A stretch of 64,000 nt of DNA from Nitrosopumilaceae archaeon (GTDB taxonomy: Archaea; Thermoproteota; Nitrososphaeria; Nitrososphaerales; Nitrosopumilaceae). Shown here piece by piece: positions 40,271 to 50,072 of this stretch. How positions within the stretch are numbered: position 1 is the first letter of the stretch; each line of letters starts with the position of its first letter. The translations under genes and the position numbers were made by a program. Below the pieces are notes generated by a model. It was not told the origin of the DNA and did not search any database. It saw only the letters and a list, made by a program, of their open reading frames with translations. The DNA lies in contig OZ242376.1 of assembly GCA_965209085.1 (NCBI GenBank), positions 480,001-544,000 on the forward strand, given 5' to 3'.

Positions 40271-41871
40271 TGGTGCAAAAAAAGAAAAATACCACAAAAT
40301 CTGGCACAAAAAAACTGGTAACTGATTCACTCATTCCAGTTGATGCATTTTACACAAAAAGCGGACGTACCTCACGTGAGGAGCCTGGCAAGTATCCGTT
40401 CACACGTGGAATACATCCGGGAATGTATCGTGATAGGCTTTGGACGATGAGGCAGTATTCAGGATTTGGGGATGCAAAGCTGACCAACGAGCGATTCAAG
40501 TTTATGCTTGATAAAGGCCAGACCGGACTTAGTATGGCATTTGATCTGCCCACACAGATGGGTCATGATCCGGATTCACCTCAAGCGGAAGGTGAGGTAG
40601 GTAAAGTTGGAGTATCCATTGCATCATTAAAGGATATGATGACAGCCTTTGGCGGGATTCCTTTGGGTGAGGTTAGCTCGTCCATGACCATAAATTCTAC
40701 TGCCTCTACTTTACTTGCGTATTATATCGCGGTTGGAAAATCCCAGGGTTTTAAGAGCTCACAGCTGCGCGGAACGACTCAAAACGACATACTAAAAGAA
40801 TACATTGCACGCAATACCTACATTTACCCACCGCAGCAATCCATGAGGATAATCGGCGATATGATATCATATTGTGCAAAAAACGTGCCCCAGTGGTATC
40901 CAGTATCTATATCCGGATACCATATGAGGGAAGCCGGATGTACGGCAGTACAAGAGGTTGCATTTACACTTGCCAATGCAATTGCATACATTCAGACATG
41001 CCTTGATCATGGGTTGAAAATAGATGATTTTGCACCGCGTCTTTCGTTCTTTTTCTGCTGTACGATTGAATTCTTTGAAGAGATTGCCAAATTCCGTGTT
41101 GCCCGAAAAGTATATTCAAAGATATTGAAAGAAAAATTTGGTGCAAAAAACCCGCGTTCGATGCAGCTGAAATTTCACACACAGACCAGCGGTGAATCAC
41201 TTACAGCGCAGCAGCCAGATAACAATATTGCACGCGTTGCAATCCAGTCAATGGCAGCTGTTCTTGGAGGTACGCAGTCATTGCATACAAATTCCAAAGA
41301 TGAGGCCCTTGCCCTACCCACGCAGGCATCAGCAAAGATTGCACTGCGTACACAGCAGATAGTGGGGTATGAGAGCGGTATTACAAAGACTGCCGATCCG
41401 ATGGCCGGTTCGCATTATGTGGAATATTTGTGCGAGCAGATTGAAGATGAGGTTTGGAAGTATCTAAAGCGTATTGAAAAGATGGGCGGCTCGATAAAGG
41501 CCATAGAGCGCGGATTTTTCCAGTCTGAAATTCGCAAAAACGCCTATCGGCTCAAAAAAGAGGCTGATTCACAAGGGCGAATACTAGTTGGAGTAAACAA
41601 GTTTATTGATTCTAGAGAAGAGCAGCCAAAACTGCTCCGTATAGGCGAGGATGTGGGGATAGGGCAGGTAAAGGCCATGGTCAAATTGCGCAAATCCCGC
41701 AATTCTAAAAAGGTTGAATCTTACCTCTCTGCATTATCATCTGCTGCTGATAGCACTGATAATCTCATGCCCTATATTCTAAATGCTGTAACAGCATATG
41801 CTACAACAGGTGAGATTAGCAATACACTGCGGGATGTCTTTGGCGAATACCGTCCAAACGAGGTTTTTTGA
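40270..41871 (+). CDS. mcmA: Methylmalonyl-CoA mutase large subunit
   Basis: PFTRG..WTMRQYSG, AFDLPTQ, QNDILKEY, SISGYHMREAG. Confidence 0.96.
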   Translation: MVQKKKNTTKSGTKKLVTDSLIPVDAFYTKSGRTSREEPGKYPFTRGIHPGMYRDRLWTMRQYSGFGDAKLTNERFKFMLDKGQTGLSMAFDLPTQMGHDPDSPQAEGEVGKVGVSIASLKDMMTAFGGIPLGEVSSSMTINSTASTLLAYYIAVGKSQGFKSSQLRGTTQNDILKEYIARNTYIYPPQQSMRIIGDMISYCAKNVPQWYPVSISGYHMREAGCTAVQEVAFTLANAIAYIQTCLDHGLKIDDFAPRLSFFFCCTIEFFEEIAKFRVARKVYSKILKEKFGAKNPRSMQLKFHTQTSGESLTAQQPDNNIARVAIQSMAAVLGGTQSLHTNSKDEALALPTQASAKIALRTQQIVGYESGITKTADPMAGSHYVEYLCEQIEDEVWKYLKRIEKMGGSIKAIERGFFQSEIRKNAYRLKKEADSQGRILVGVNKFIDSREEQPKLLRIGEDVGIGQVKAMVKLRKSRNSKKVESYLSALSSAADSTDNLMPYILNAVTAYATTGEISNTLRDVFGEYRPNEVF

Positions 41872-42263
41872 TGCGTATCGATCATGTGGCCATTGCAGTG
41901 GAGGATCTTGATGCGGCAGTAAAACAGTATACTGATGCGCTTGGAATAAAGGATGTAGAATATGAGACTATTGAATCTGAAAAAGTCAAAGTTGCCATAT
42001 TAAAAATGGAGAATGCCAGTATAGAGCTGATGACAAGCACCGGAGATGGGCCGATTAAAAAATTCCTGGACACTAGAGGATCAGGATTGCATCATGTTGC
42101 ATTGGAGGTTTCAGATATTGACGGACAGGTATCAAAAATGGAATCCTGTGGTGTGAAAATTCTTGGAGGCGTGCGTTCAGGCTCGCGTGGAACCCGCATT
42201 ACCTTTGTGCATCCAAAGTCACTCTCTGGCGTATTAACAGAGCTCTGCGAGCATTCAAAGTAA
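41868..42263 (+). CDS. mce: Methylmalonyl-CoA epimerase
   Basis: IDHVAIAV, GLHHVA, FVHPKS..GVLTEL. Confidence 0.94.
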   Translation: MMRIDHVAIAVEDLDAAVKQYTDALGIKDVEYETIESEKVKVAILKMENASIELMTSTGDGPIKKFLDTRGSGLHHVALEVSDIDGQVSKMESCGVKILGGVRSGSRGTRITFVHPKSLSGVLTELCEHSK

Positions 42264-42275
42264 TTGAATTTGTTT

Positions 42276-42830
42276 TTACTCTGCCAACTGTAGAGTATCG
42301 CTTGCCGTTATTATTCCAATAATGTTTGAATTTTTTGAGACTAGGATGCATTTTGTTATGCGTATGAGGGCGACAAGGGCATTTGCTGGAGTATCATGGT
42401 CTACGACTGCCGGGGCCGGCTCTATAATGCTGGAGATTATTGTGTTTTTTATATCAGAGCCGTCACTGTCAAGATGTCTCATAATTCCATCCTCTGTTAC
42501 TAGTCCTACAAGCGCATTTTTATCAAATACTGGTATCTGACTGATGGAAAATTTGCGCATTTTTGATACTGCTGCACTCAGCGTATCATTTATGTCGATT
42601 TTTACAATCTGTCCACTACATACGTCCCCTGCCTTTTTCTTGGAGGCTGAACCCTCCAACGTGGCAAGTGAGTCAAATATGCGCCTTGCAGTCTCATAGC
42701 TTGGTTTGCAACTGTTTGATTCTATCTGATTTATCATGGATGTACTCACGCCTGCCATGATGGCAAGTTTTTTTTGCGTAATGCCGAGTTTTATACGCAT
42801 TTTGCCGATGGTGTCAAGCTTTGGTATCAT
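42276..42830 (-). CDS. XRE HTH plus tandem CBS-domain transcriptional regulator
   Basis: GITQKKLA..AGVS..MINQIES, ISQIPV. Confidence 0.9.
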   Translation of the reverse strand: MIPKLDTIGKMRIKLGITQKKLAIMAGVSTSMINQIESNSCKPSYETARRIFDSLATLEGSASKKKAGDVCSGQIVKIDINDTLSAAVSKMRKFSISQIPVFDKNALVGLVTEDGIMRHLDSDGSDIKNTIISSIIEPAPAVVDHDTPANALVALIRITKCILVSKNSNIIGIITASDTLQLAE

Positions 42831-42879
42831 GAATCATCTTTATTGTTGATCGGTTTTAATCTATCTCTTGATTATGTGC

Positions 42880-42957
42880 ATCATTTGAAAGCCTTTCCTT
42901 TTTCATTTCTCGAATGGCGTATCTTATGGCGTTTTCATTCAGTTTTACAATTGGCAT
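42880..42957 (-). pseudogene. Possible transposase N-terminal remnant (IS481-like)
   Basis: MPIVKLNENAIRYAIREMKKERLS...; short, at the island's left edge. Confidence 0.35.
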
Positions 42958-43140
42958 GAGATTTCTATGATTGTTGATCAAATACGTCTTTCCATGTTCT
43001 TTGTATGAGAGTGTTAATGTTTTGTACCGCCTAATACGAATAATAGCACAATATAGTATCTAGCGTCACTTCATACTCATATCTTCATTTACTTTGTAAA
43101 TTCTAGATAATATGCTACCACATACGAGTAGTATACGTAA

Positions 43141-43845
43141 ATGTTTAATATCTCGCATGAATTATATAATCAGTTGACTAGTAAATCAAAATTAGCATGG
43201 AAACGTATCGTTCCCAATAAAAAACCTACTGGACACATTGCATATTATTACAGTGATGATGATGCATCTCTTCCAATACGTGCAGTTCGAAAAAAAAATG
43301 ACAACAAATCAGATCCGAATATAGAAACAAAATCATATGGTATGTTTTCTACATGTATGCCTCCAGCACGAAAAAACATGGTTAAACGTAATGATTCCTA
43401 TATTTTCTTTTTTACTAAATGGATGGGGAAACGAATGTTTACTGGATATTATGAATTAAGCAGTTATCTCAATACGGGAATAACGCCTATTCGCGGTGGA
43501 AAAGAATCTAATTTTAGTGATTATGCATTGTTAGCTAAACACACTCATTTTATCAAAAACGGAATTCCACTGACTGGTAAAAAATGGAGCAAAATCGTAC
43601 TTGATAAAATTAAAAATAAAGAAATCAAGGGATATGGTCCACGAGATTTTTCCAAAATTGATTCTGCTATAACTATGAAACTTAAAAAAATATTGGATCG
43701 TCATTCAAACATAACTAAAGAATATGTCCGAGAGATTAAAAAAATGGAAAAAGAAAATTTCGTAAACGATAAAATGTGTTATCCCACATGGGGTAGAAAA
43801 ACTGGATTCACAAAAACAAATTTTCGAGATTTTGTAAAATGGTAG
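43141..43845 (+). CDS. Uncharacterised protein, Nmad (nucleotide-modification-associated, PUA-like) candidate
   Basis: KSDPNIETKSYGMFSTCMPPARKNMVKRNDSYIFFFT...FTGYY resembles Nmad2/Nmad3-type motifs. Confidence 0.6.
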   Translation: MFNISHELYNQLTSKSKLAWKRIVPNKKPTGHIAYYYSDDDASLPIRAVRKKNDNKSDPNIETKSYGMFSTCMPPARKNMVKRNDSYIFFFTKWMGKRMFTGYYELSSYLNTGITPIRGGKESNFSDYALLAKHTHFIKNGIPLTGKKWSKIVLDKIKNKEIKGYGPRDFSKIDSAITMKLKKILDRHSNITKEYVREIKKMEKENFVNDKMCYPTWGRKTGFTKTNFRDFVKW

Positions 43846-43979
43846 ACAACCATCCTCATAAATGGGAATGCACTAGTTGCGGTAATATACTTGAAGGACA
43901 AATGTGTCTACTAAAACGCTGTGAAAAATGTAAAGCAGTTGGGTGTATGACAAGATGGATGTATGGTGATGTTAAATGA
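43839..43979 (+). CDS. Unannotated 46-aa zinc-ribbon microprotein
   Basis: MVDNHPHKWECTSCGNILEGQMCLLKRCEKCKAVGCMTRWMYGDVK*; overlaps the upstream stop, ATGA overlap with the downstream gene. Confidence 0.75.
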   Translation: MVDNHPHKWECTSCGNILEGQMCLLKRCEKCKAVGCMTRWMYGDVK

Positions 43980-44566
43980 ATGAATTGCGAGAATTACAAA
44001 AATACCAGAATGTACACGATCTTGAATGCCATAAAGATATCTTACGATTAAAATTTGACGATAGTTTCAAACATGATGTGTTGCATTTTGGTAAATATTC
44101 TGGAAGATTATCTAAATTATTAGAATCAAAATATGAAACGCCTAAAAACACATCCGATATTAAAAAAACAATTGTCGACGCATTTATAATCATATTGCAT
44201 TTATCAAATACATTTAATTTTGATCTTTTAAAAATTTTAGATTGTATGGATATAAATAATGGCACCATTGATGATGTAGTTGCAAAAATAATTAAAAATA
44301 ATCCTGATTTATATAAATCACTCAATGTCACAAATTATGATGATAAATTATTGCAATTCATACTTAAATTAACCTCGACAATAGGACCATTACAAAAATT
44401 TGCTGAAGATTTAGATCATCTGTTAGGTTTTGAAATTAAAAAAATGCGTGATGAATTAATTAAATTAACACCAATTATATTACTTGAAGGTAAAATATGG
44501 GGAGTTAATTTTAATAATGACGTAAAACAACGTTGGATTGATATAAAACAAAACCAAACTGTCTAG
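43976..44566 (+). CDS. MazG-like all-helical NTP pyrophosphatase-fold protein (tandem halves)
   Basis: LQKYQ..HD..CHKDI...KHDVLHFGKYSGRL...IVDAFII; second half GPLQKFAEDLDH...RW. Confidence 0.6.
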   Translation: MNELRELQKYQNVHDLECHKDILRLKFDDSFKHDVLHFGKYSGRLSKLLESKYETPKNTSDIKKTIVDAFIIILHLSNTFNFDLLKILDCMDINNGTIDDVVAKIIKNNPDLYKSLNVTNYDDKLLQFILKLTSTIGPLQKFAEDLDHLLGFEIKKMRDELIKLTPIILLEGKIWGVNFNNDVKQRWIDIKQNQTV

Positions 44567-44848
44567 AGTTTTGAATCTAAATTACAGAGATATTCTTCCA
44601 AATAGTCATGAAATTTCAGATCTCTCACTCTGCGCCTCCTTTACACTAGTCAATATCTTGTGAGCCTCAGCACCGCTTTTTGGGCGGCGGTCGTATGCAA
44701 TCTTGTATATTATGACGTTTGGTCTATTCCTCTTTAGGTGGTATTGTTGTGTTAGTAGGTACGGTAGAAAATACTTGATCAAATCACTTCAAAACTCTGA
44801 ATAGTTGTCATAAATGTAATCATGATTTATTTTAAAAATTCATACCCA

Positions 44849-45496
44849 TTATGTTAATTTAGATATAAATTTGATAATTTTTAAAAATTCACTAATATAT
44901 CTCTCTTTATTAATTTTTTGATATCCGCCGCCACGTATGATAAAAGCAGGATGCCATAATGGAAATACATGATAATTTTTATATTCAATAAACTCTCCAA
45001 AAATTATTTTTGTACGATCTTTGAGAATTATTTTAGATGATGGCAATCCCAAGGTTACAATTAATTTGGGTTGTATTATATTAATTTCTAGATCAAGATA
45101 ATCTGTGCAATTATTAATTTCATTTTTTGTTGGGCATCGATTTGTACCATCTAATTTCTGTGGATTACATTTTACTATATTTGTAATATAAACACGTTTT
45201 AGATCGGGTCTTTCTGATTCCGGTTTTGATGTACTAAAACCCATTTGACATAATATTTCTTGTAATAACCTACCACTTCGATCTTTTGTGAATGGAACGC
45301 CCGTAATATTCGCTCCATATCTTCCAGGTGCTTCTCCAATAAACATGACATCTGCATTAAAATCACCATACCCTACCACGGATTGTTTTCTAGATTTAAC
45401 TAATGCTTCGCATTTTAGACAATTTTTAATATTTTCATTAATGGGATAAATTTGGCGCTGTTTTTTTATAGTTGTGATAGATTTGAGCATTGCCAA
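44849..45496 (-). CDS. udg: Uracil-DNA glycosylase superfamily, 4Fe-4S type (family 4/5-like)
   Basis: CxxC, GEAPG, TNIVKC.P..NR.P..E...C, HPA. Confidence 0.9.
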   Translation of the reverse strand: MAMLKSITTIKKQRQIYPINENIKNCLKCEALVKSRKQSVVGYGDFNADVMFIGEAPGRYGANITGVPFTKDRSGRLLQEILCQMGFSTSKPESERPDLKRVYITNIVKCNPQKLDGTNRCPTKNEINNCTDYLDLEINIIQPKLIVTLGLPSSKIILKDRTKIIFGEFIEYKNYHVFPLWHPAFIIRGGGYQKINKERYISEFLKIIKFISKLT

Positions 45497-45853
45497 TTAA
45501 TAATTTACACCCAATTATGCTAGTATAAAGACGTATTGGAAACTCAGGCTCTGTCCATGAATAAAATCCAAAACATACCGTAAAGCTTTTAGATCATGAG
45601 TGTAAACGACTGAAAAATCTTTTGATCAACAGATCTGAGCGATTTTAATGAACATAACAAAATACAAATGACAAGAAAATTTCATCAGATTAAATCAAAT
45701 GTTAACCTTGATCACAATGAAAACAAAAAACCAAGTAGGCAACCACAAGAATTTTTCTAAATCTATGGCACAATATTTCAGATACTTTACATCGAGTACG
45801 TATTTTGAACATATGTGAATTTTGTCTTATTTACTGTGAAGATTTAATAATAT

Positions 45854-46183
45854 TTGTTTATACGTAATATCATGCTATTTGGAGTCTTTGCAGTACACAG
45901 TCCGGAATCCTGCCCGCTCAACAATGATGCCAGCAAAAATAAAGTCATAAAGATGCATGAGAGTATGGAGCCAAATCTTGCCAAATTCAATATTGAGCGA
46001 ATCGTAGGTTCTTTTATATCTGCATTAGAGCACCAATGGGTGCTGATTTTGGATGCAAAAAGTGCCCACGAGATTGAAAAATTCTGCATACATACGGGAA
46101 TATCATCAATCAATACGATAAAGATCGTACCATTAAACAACTTTGAAGATATTGTTGCAAAAATAAAATCAACTTCACACTAG
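45854..46183 (+). CDS. Small hypothetical protein (HSPESCP type)
   Basis: HSPESCPLNN...EH motif; likely start ATG ~45872. Confidence 0.7.
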   Translation: MFIRNIMLFGVFAVHSPESCPLNNDASKNKVIKMHESMEPNLAKFNIERIVGSFISALEHQWVLILDAKSAHEIEKFCIHTGISSINTIKIVPLNNFEDIVAKIKSTSH

Positions 46184-46201
46184 ATTTTTAATATAATTAG
46201 T

Positions 46202-49093
46202 TTAACGGCGTCTTCGAACCGGGCGTTTTGTGGTGCGTTTTACAGTCTTACGTCGTGCACTGGATTTTACGGTACGTTTTTTGATCTTTACACGTTTTAC
46301 AATTTTACGACGTACACTGGATTTCCCAATACGTTTCTTACCCTGTACACGTTTTACAATTTTACGTTGTGCACCAGATTTCACGGTACGTTTTTTGACC
46401 TTTACACGTTTTACAATTTTACGCCCTCTAAACTTTACATTTTTTCTAGCTGGTACACGTTTCACATTTTGCAAAGCTGCCTGTGCTGCGGCAATTATTG
46501 CAATGGGTATCCTATGCGGGGATGCACTAACATAATCAAGTCCGGCTTTATGACAAAATACTATGGACCTTGGATCCCCTCCATGCTCCCCACAAATGCC
46601 AGCTTCAATTCCCCGCCTAGTTTTTCTACCACGCTCCAATGCAATCTTCATCAAATCTCCAACTCCATCCTCATCTATTGACTGGAATGGACTTGTATCA
46701 AGAATCTCTTTTTCTATATACTCTGGCAGAAATTTACCTTCTGCATCCTCTCGGCTAAAGCTAAACGTGGCCTGTGTCAAATCGTTTGTTCCAAAACTAA
46801 AAAATTCAGCAGTCCGTGCAAGATCTCCGGCAGTAAGTGCAGCCCTTACAACCTCTATCATGGTGCCAAAATTAATCTTAAATCTCATCTTGTGTTTTGA
46901 TTGCATTTGCACGCGTACACGCTCGTATATGCTCTTGATATAATCAAGCTCAGCCAAACTTCCCACCTGTGGTACCATTATCTGTGCTATTCCCTTTATC
47001 TTACCACCTGACATGTGAGCTGCTGCCTCAAAGACTGCCCTTATCTGCATCTCGTAAATTTCCGGATACGTGACTGCCACACGCACGCCCCTATGACCCA
47101 TCATGGGGTTTATCTCTGCTAACTCACGTGCCCTCTCCAAAATCGGCCTAAAATTTTCAGCCTCTGATTCGCCCATGGACCTTATCTTATCTGCAAGCTC
47201 TTCAGGATTTGGAAGAAATTCATGCAGCGGCGGATCAAGCAGCCGTATGGTAACTGGCCTGCCACTCATCGCAGTAAGTATCTCTACAAAATCATCTCTT
47301 TGCAGCTGACCAAGCTTTACAAGAGATTTTGCACGCTCTGCATCATCTTTTGCCATTATCATATCCACAAACAACTGTATGCGGTCCTCGCCGTTGAACA
47401 TTCTCTCCGTACGGCACAACCCGATACCTTCAGCACCGTATTCATCTGCAAGTTTGGCACCCTCTGGCGTGTCAGCATTTGCCCGAACGCCAATCTTTTT
47501 TGCCTGCAAAGCCCAAGTTAGGATTTTCTTAAAATCATCTGTCATCTTTGGCTCTATTGTTGGAACGCTGCCAATGTATACTGAACCCGTACTGCCATCG
47601 ATGGTTATAGTATCTCCTTCTGATATTACAACCTCACCGCAGACACATTTGTTGTTTTTTGCATCAATTTTCATCTCTGATGCCCCGACAATGCACGGTT
47701 TGCCCATTCCACGTGCCACTACTGCCGCATGCGATGTCTTACCACCGCGACTAGTCAATATCCCAGCTGATGCAAAAAATGCTGGAACATCCTCCGGTTT
47801 TGTCTCCTCCCGTATCAGTATGATGCTTTTACCATCCTCTCCCATAGCAGTTGCACGTTTTACATCAAATACTGCAACTCCCACGGCAGCTCCGGGGGAT
47901 GCTGCAATTCCTGTAACGGCTTTGGTGTAAGATGGTACTTTGTCATTATCAATCATGTTGTGGAGCAGCTGCTCCAACTGTTCAGCATTCAGGCGCGTAA
48001 TTGCCCTACTTGATGAGATGAGACGCTCTGATACCATGTCTATGCTAGTCTTTATCATGGCAACTGCGTTCATCTTTGCATTGCGCGTCTGCAAAAGATA
48101 AAATCTTCCACGCTCTATTGTAAATTCTATATCCTGCGGTTCCTTGTAGTGTTTTTCCAATTTGCTGCATGTTTGAGCTAACGTCTTGTACGAGTCGGGC
48201 ATCTCATTTCTCATCATATCTACAGGTTTTGGCGTGCGAGTACCAGCTACCACATCCTCACCTTGGGCATTTACAAGATATTCTCCAAAGATCTGCCTTT
48301 TACCATCCCCAGGGTTTCTTGTAAATACGACACCTGTGGCACTATCATCCCCCATATTGCCAAACACCATGGATACAACATTGACTGCCGTACCATTAGC
48401 TATCTCTTTTGTTATGTGATTTTTTCCCCTATACACTATGGCCCTCTCGCCCATCCAGCTTGAAAAAACAGCCTTTATGGCAAGCTCTACCTGTTCCTGT
48501 GGTTTTGAGGGAAATTCTTTTCCGGTATGGTTTTTGCAGATTCTCTTATACTCTGATACTATATTGCGTAAAGAGGCCTCACTTAGCTCCCCATCAGTCT
48601 TTACATTTTGGGAATTTTTTGCACCAGTCAGTACGGTTTCAAATAATTCATCATCTATACCAAAGACCACCTTACCGAAGAGCTGCATAAATCTCCTGTA
48701 CGAATCCCATGCAAATCGTGGATTACTACTCATGGCAGCCAATCCGTCAACTGTTGAATCATTTAATCCCAAATTGAGTATCGTGTCCATCATGCCGGGC
48801 ATCGATACTGCCGCACCAGATCGCACAGAAACCAAAAGCGGGTTTTTTGGATTATTCCACCCTTTGCCGGTTTTTTTCTCCATCCTTGCAATGCCGCGGC
48901 TCACCTGTGATAGGACCTCGCGGTTTAGTTTTTTCCCATTTGCATAGTATGATTTGCATACCTCTGTGGTTATGACAAATCCTGGGGGAACTGGCAGCTT
49001 TAGGCGCGTCATCTCTGAGAGTCCGGCACCTTTGCCTCCAAGCAGTTTCTTATTATTCCCTTTTCCTTCGCTAAAATCATACACTGCCTTCAT
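46202..49093 (-). CDS. ppdK: Pyruvate, phosphate dikinase with long basic C-terminal tail
   Basis: LGGKGAGL, SVRSGA..SMPGMMDT, GGKTSHAAVVARG, FSFGTNDLTQ, CGEHGG. Confidence 0.97.
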   Translation of the reverse strand: MKAVYDFSEGKGNNKKLLGGKGAGLSEMTRLKLPVPPGFVITTEVCKSYYANGKKLNREVLSQVSRGIARMEKKTGKGWNNPKNPLLVSVRSGAAVSMPGMMDTILNLGLNDSTVDGLAAMSSNPRFAWDSYRRFMQLFGKVVFGIDDELFETVLTGAKNSQNVKTDGELSEASLRNIVSEYKRICKNHTGKEFPSKPQEQVELAIKAVFSSWMGERAIVYRGKNHITKEIANGTAVNVVSMVFGNMGDDSATGVVFTRNPGDGKRQIFGEYLVNAQGEDVVAGTRTPKPVDMMRNEMPDSYKTLAQTCSKLEKHYKEPQDIEFTIERGRFYLLQTRNAKMNAVAMIKTSIDMVSERLISSSRAITRLNAEQLEQLLHNMIDNDKVPSYTKAVTGIAASPGAAVGVAVFDVKRATAMGEDGKSIILIREETKPEDVPAFFASAGILTSRGGKTSHAAVVARGMGKPCIVGASEMKIDAKNNKCVCGEVVISEGDTITIDGSTGSVYIGSVPTIEPKMTDDFKKILTWALQAKKIGVRANADTPEGAKLADEYGAEGIGLCRTERMFNGEDRIQLFVDMIMAKDDAERAKSLVKLGQLQRDDFVEILTAMSGRPVTIRLLDPPLHEFLPNPEELADKIRSMGESEAENFRPILERARELAEINPMMGHRGVRVAVTYPEIYEMQIRAVFEAAAHMSGGKIKGIAQIMVPQVGSLAELDYIKSIYERVRVQMQSKHKMRFKINFGTMIEVVRAALTAGDLARTAEFFSFGTNDLTQATFSFSREDAEGKFLPEYIEKEILDTSPFQSIDEDGVGDLMKIALERGRKTRRGIEAGICGEHGGDPRSIVFCHKAGLDYVSASPHRIPIAIIAAAQAALQNVKRVPARKNVKFRGRKIVKRVKVKKRTVKSGAQRKIVKRVQGKKRIGKSSVRRKIVKRVKIKKRTVKSSARRKTVKRTTKRPVRRRR
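46225..46425 (-). repeat. 57-bp (19-aa) tandem repeat encoding the K/R-rich PPDK tail
   Basis: ACGTTTTACAATTTTACG at 46292, 46349 and 46406. Confidence 0.85.
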
Positions 49094-49205
49094 TTTCAGA
49101 ATACAAAGTCGATTTTTGGCATATTAAAACCCATAGATGAGATGGATAACATATTGTATGGTGAGATTTTAAATTTATGCAATATACATATCTGATTATC
49201 TCACA

Positions 49206-49865
49206 TCATATCTGGGATGCAAAATCGCCTATAATTTTATCCCAATTTTTTGCGCGTATAACTCCGCTTGCAACTAGAATGCCCTTTGAGCCAAGACTGA
49301 TTGCACTTGATACATCTTCGGCAGTTACAATGCCTGCACCGCACAGCAGTTTTGTTCTGTTTTTTGCTAATGCGACAGCCTTTGCTGAACCGCTGATGAT
49401 CTTTGGCTTGTGTTTGGAGACTGATTTGCCAGAACCGATAAGGTCTGGGGGCTCTACTGCAACATAATTTGGATTTATTTTTGCCATTTTGCCAGATTCT
49501 GCGGCATTTTTTGCACATACTATACTCAAAAGGTGCATCTTTGAGAGTCTGCTGACAGTCTCCTGTATGTGGGATATGGGAACGCGGTGCTCGCTGTGGT
49601 TTATTATGGCACCGGCTATCTTTGAGTTTGCAAGCATTTCTGGAATGACATATCCTGTCGTACTGCCGGTTCCCTGTATGTCAACATGCTGAGCTAACAC
49701 TGTTATCTTTGATGACTGTGCAAGCCATGTGCACATGTGAGATGGTGGTGCTATGGCAATTTTTGCCTTGTATTTTTTTGATGCTTTGAGGGCAGAATTT
49801 GCAAGTTGGAGCAGTTTTTTTGGAGATGATACTTCGGCATAGTTTTTACAGTTGATTACAAGCAA
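49206..49865 (-). CDS. tpiA: Triosephosphate isomerase (archaeal)
   Basis: INCKNY, INHSEHR, AVEPPDLIG, CGAGI, GILVAS. Confidence 0.95.
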   Translation of the reverse strand: MLVINCKNYAEVSSPKKLLQLANSALKASKKYKAKIAIAPPSHMCTWLAQSSKITVLAQHVDIQGTGSTTGYVIPEMLANSKIAGAIINHSEHRVPISHIQETVSRLSKMHLLSIVCAKNAAESGKMAKINPNYVAVEPPDLIGSGKSVSKHKPKIISGSAKAVALAKNRTKLLCGAGIVTAEDVSSAISLGSKGILVASGVIRAKNWDKIIGDFASQI

Positions 49866-50072
49866 TATGATGGCGTATTGGCTCTGGGTTATTAATACCG
49901 TGTATTTTTATTATTGATAAATTTAACGAATTAATGATGTATGTGTTATTTTATAATATCTTTTCTATTTTTTAAGATGGTATAACATAATTAAATATTA
50001 AGAACAAGTCATAATTTAGATCTATGAAGATCTGAATGTTGGATTGCATAATGTACTTGCAACATTTTAAAA

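Noticed and set aside
45546-45660. Possible second MITE (GGCTCTGTCCATGAA...TTAATGAACATAAC)
   Set aside because: Only ~11/17 inverted match and no second copy in the window.
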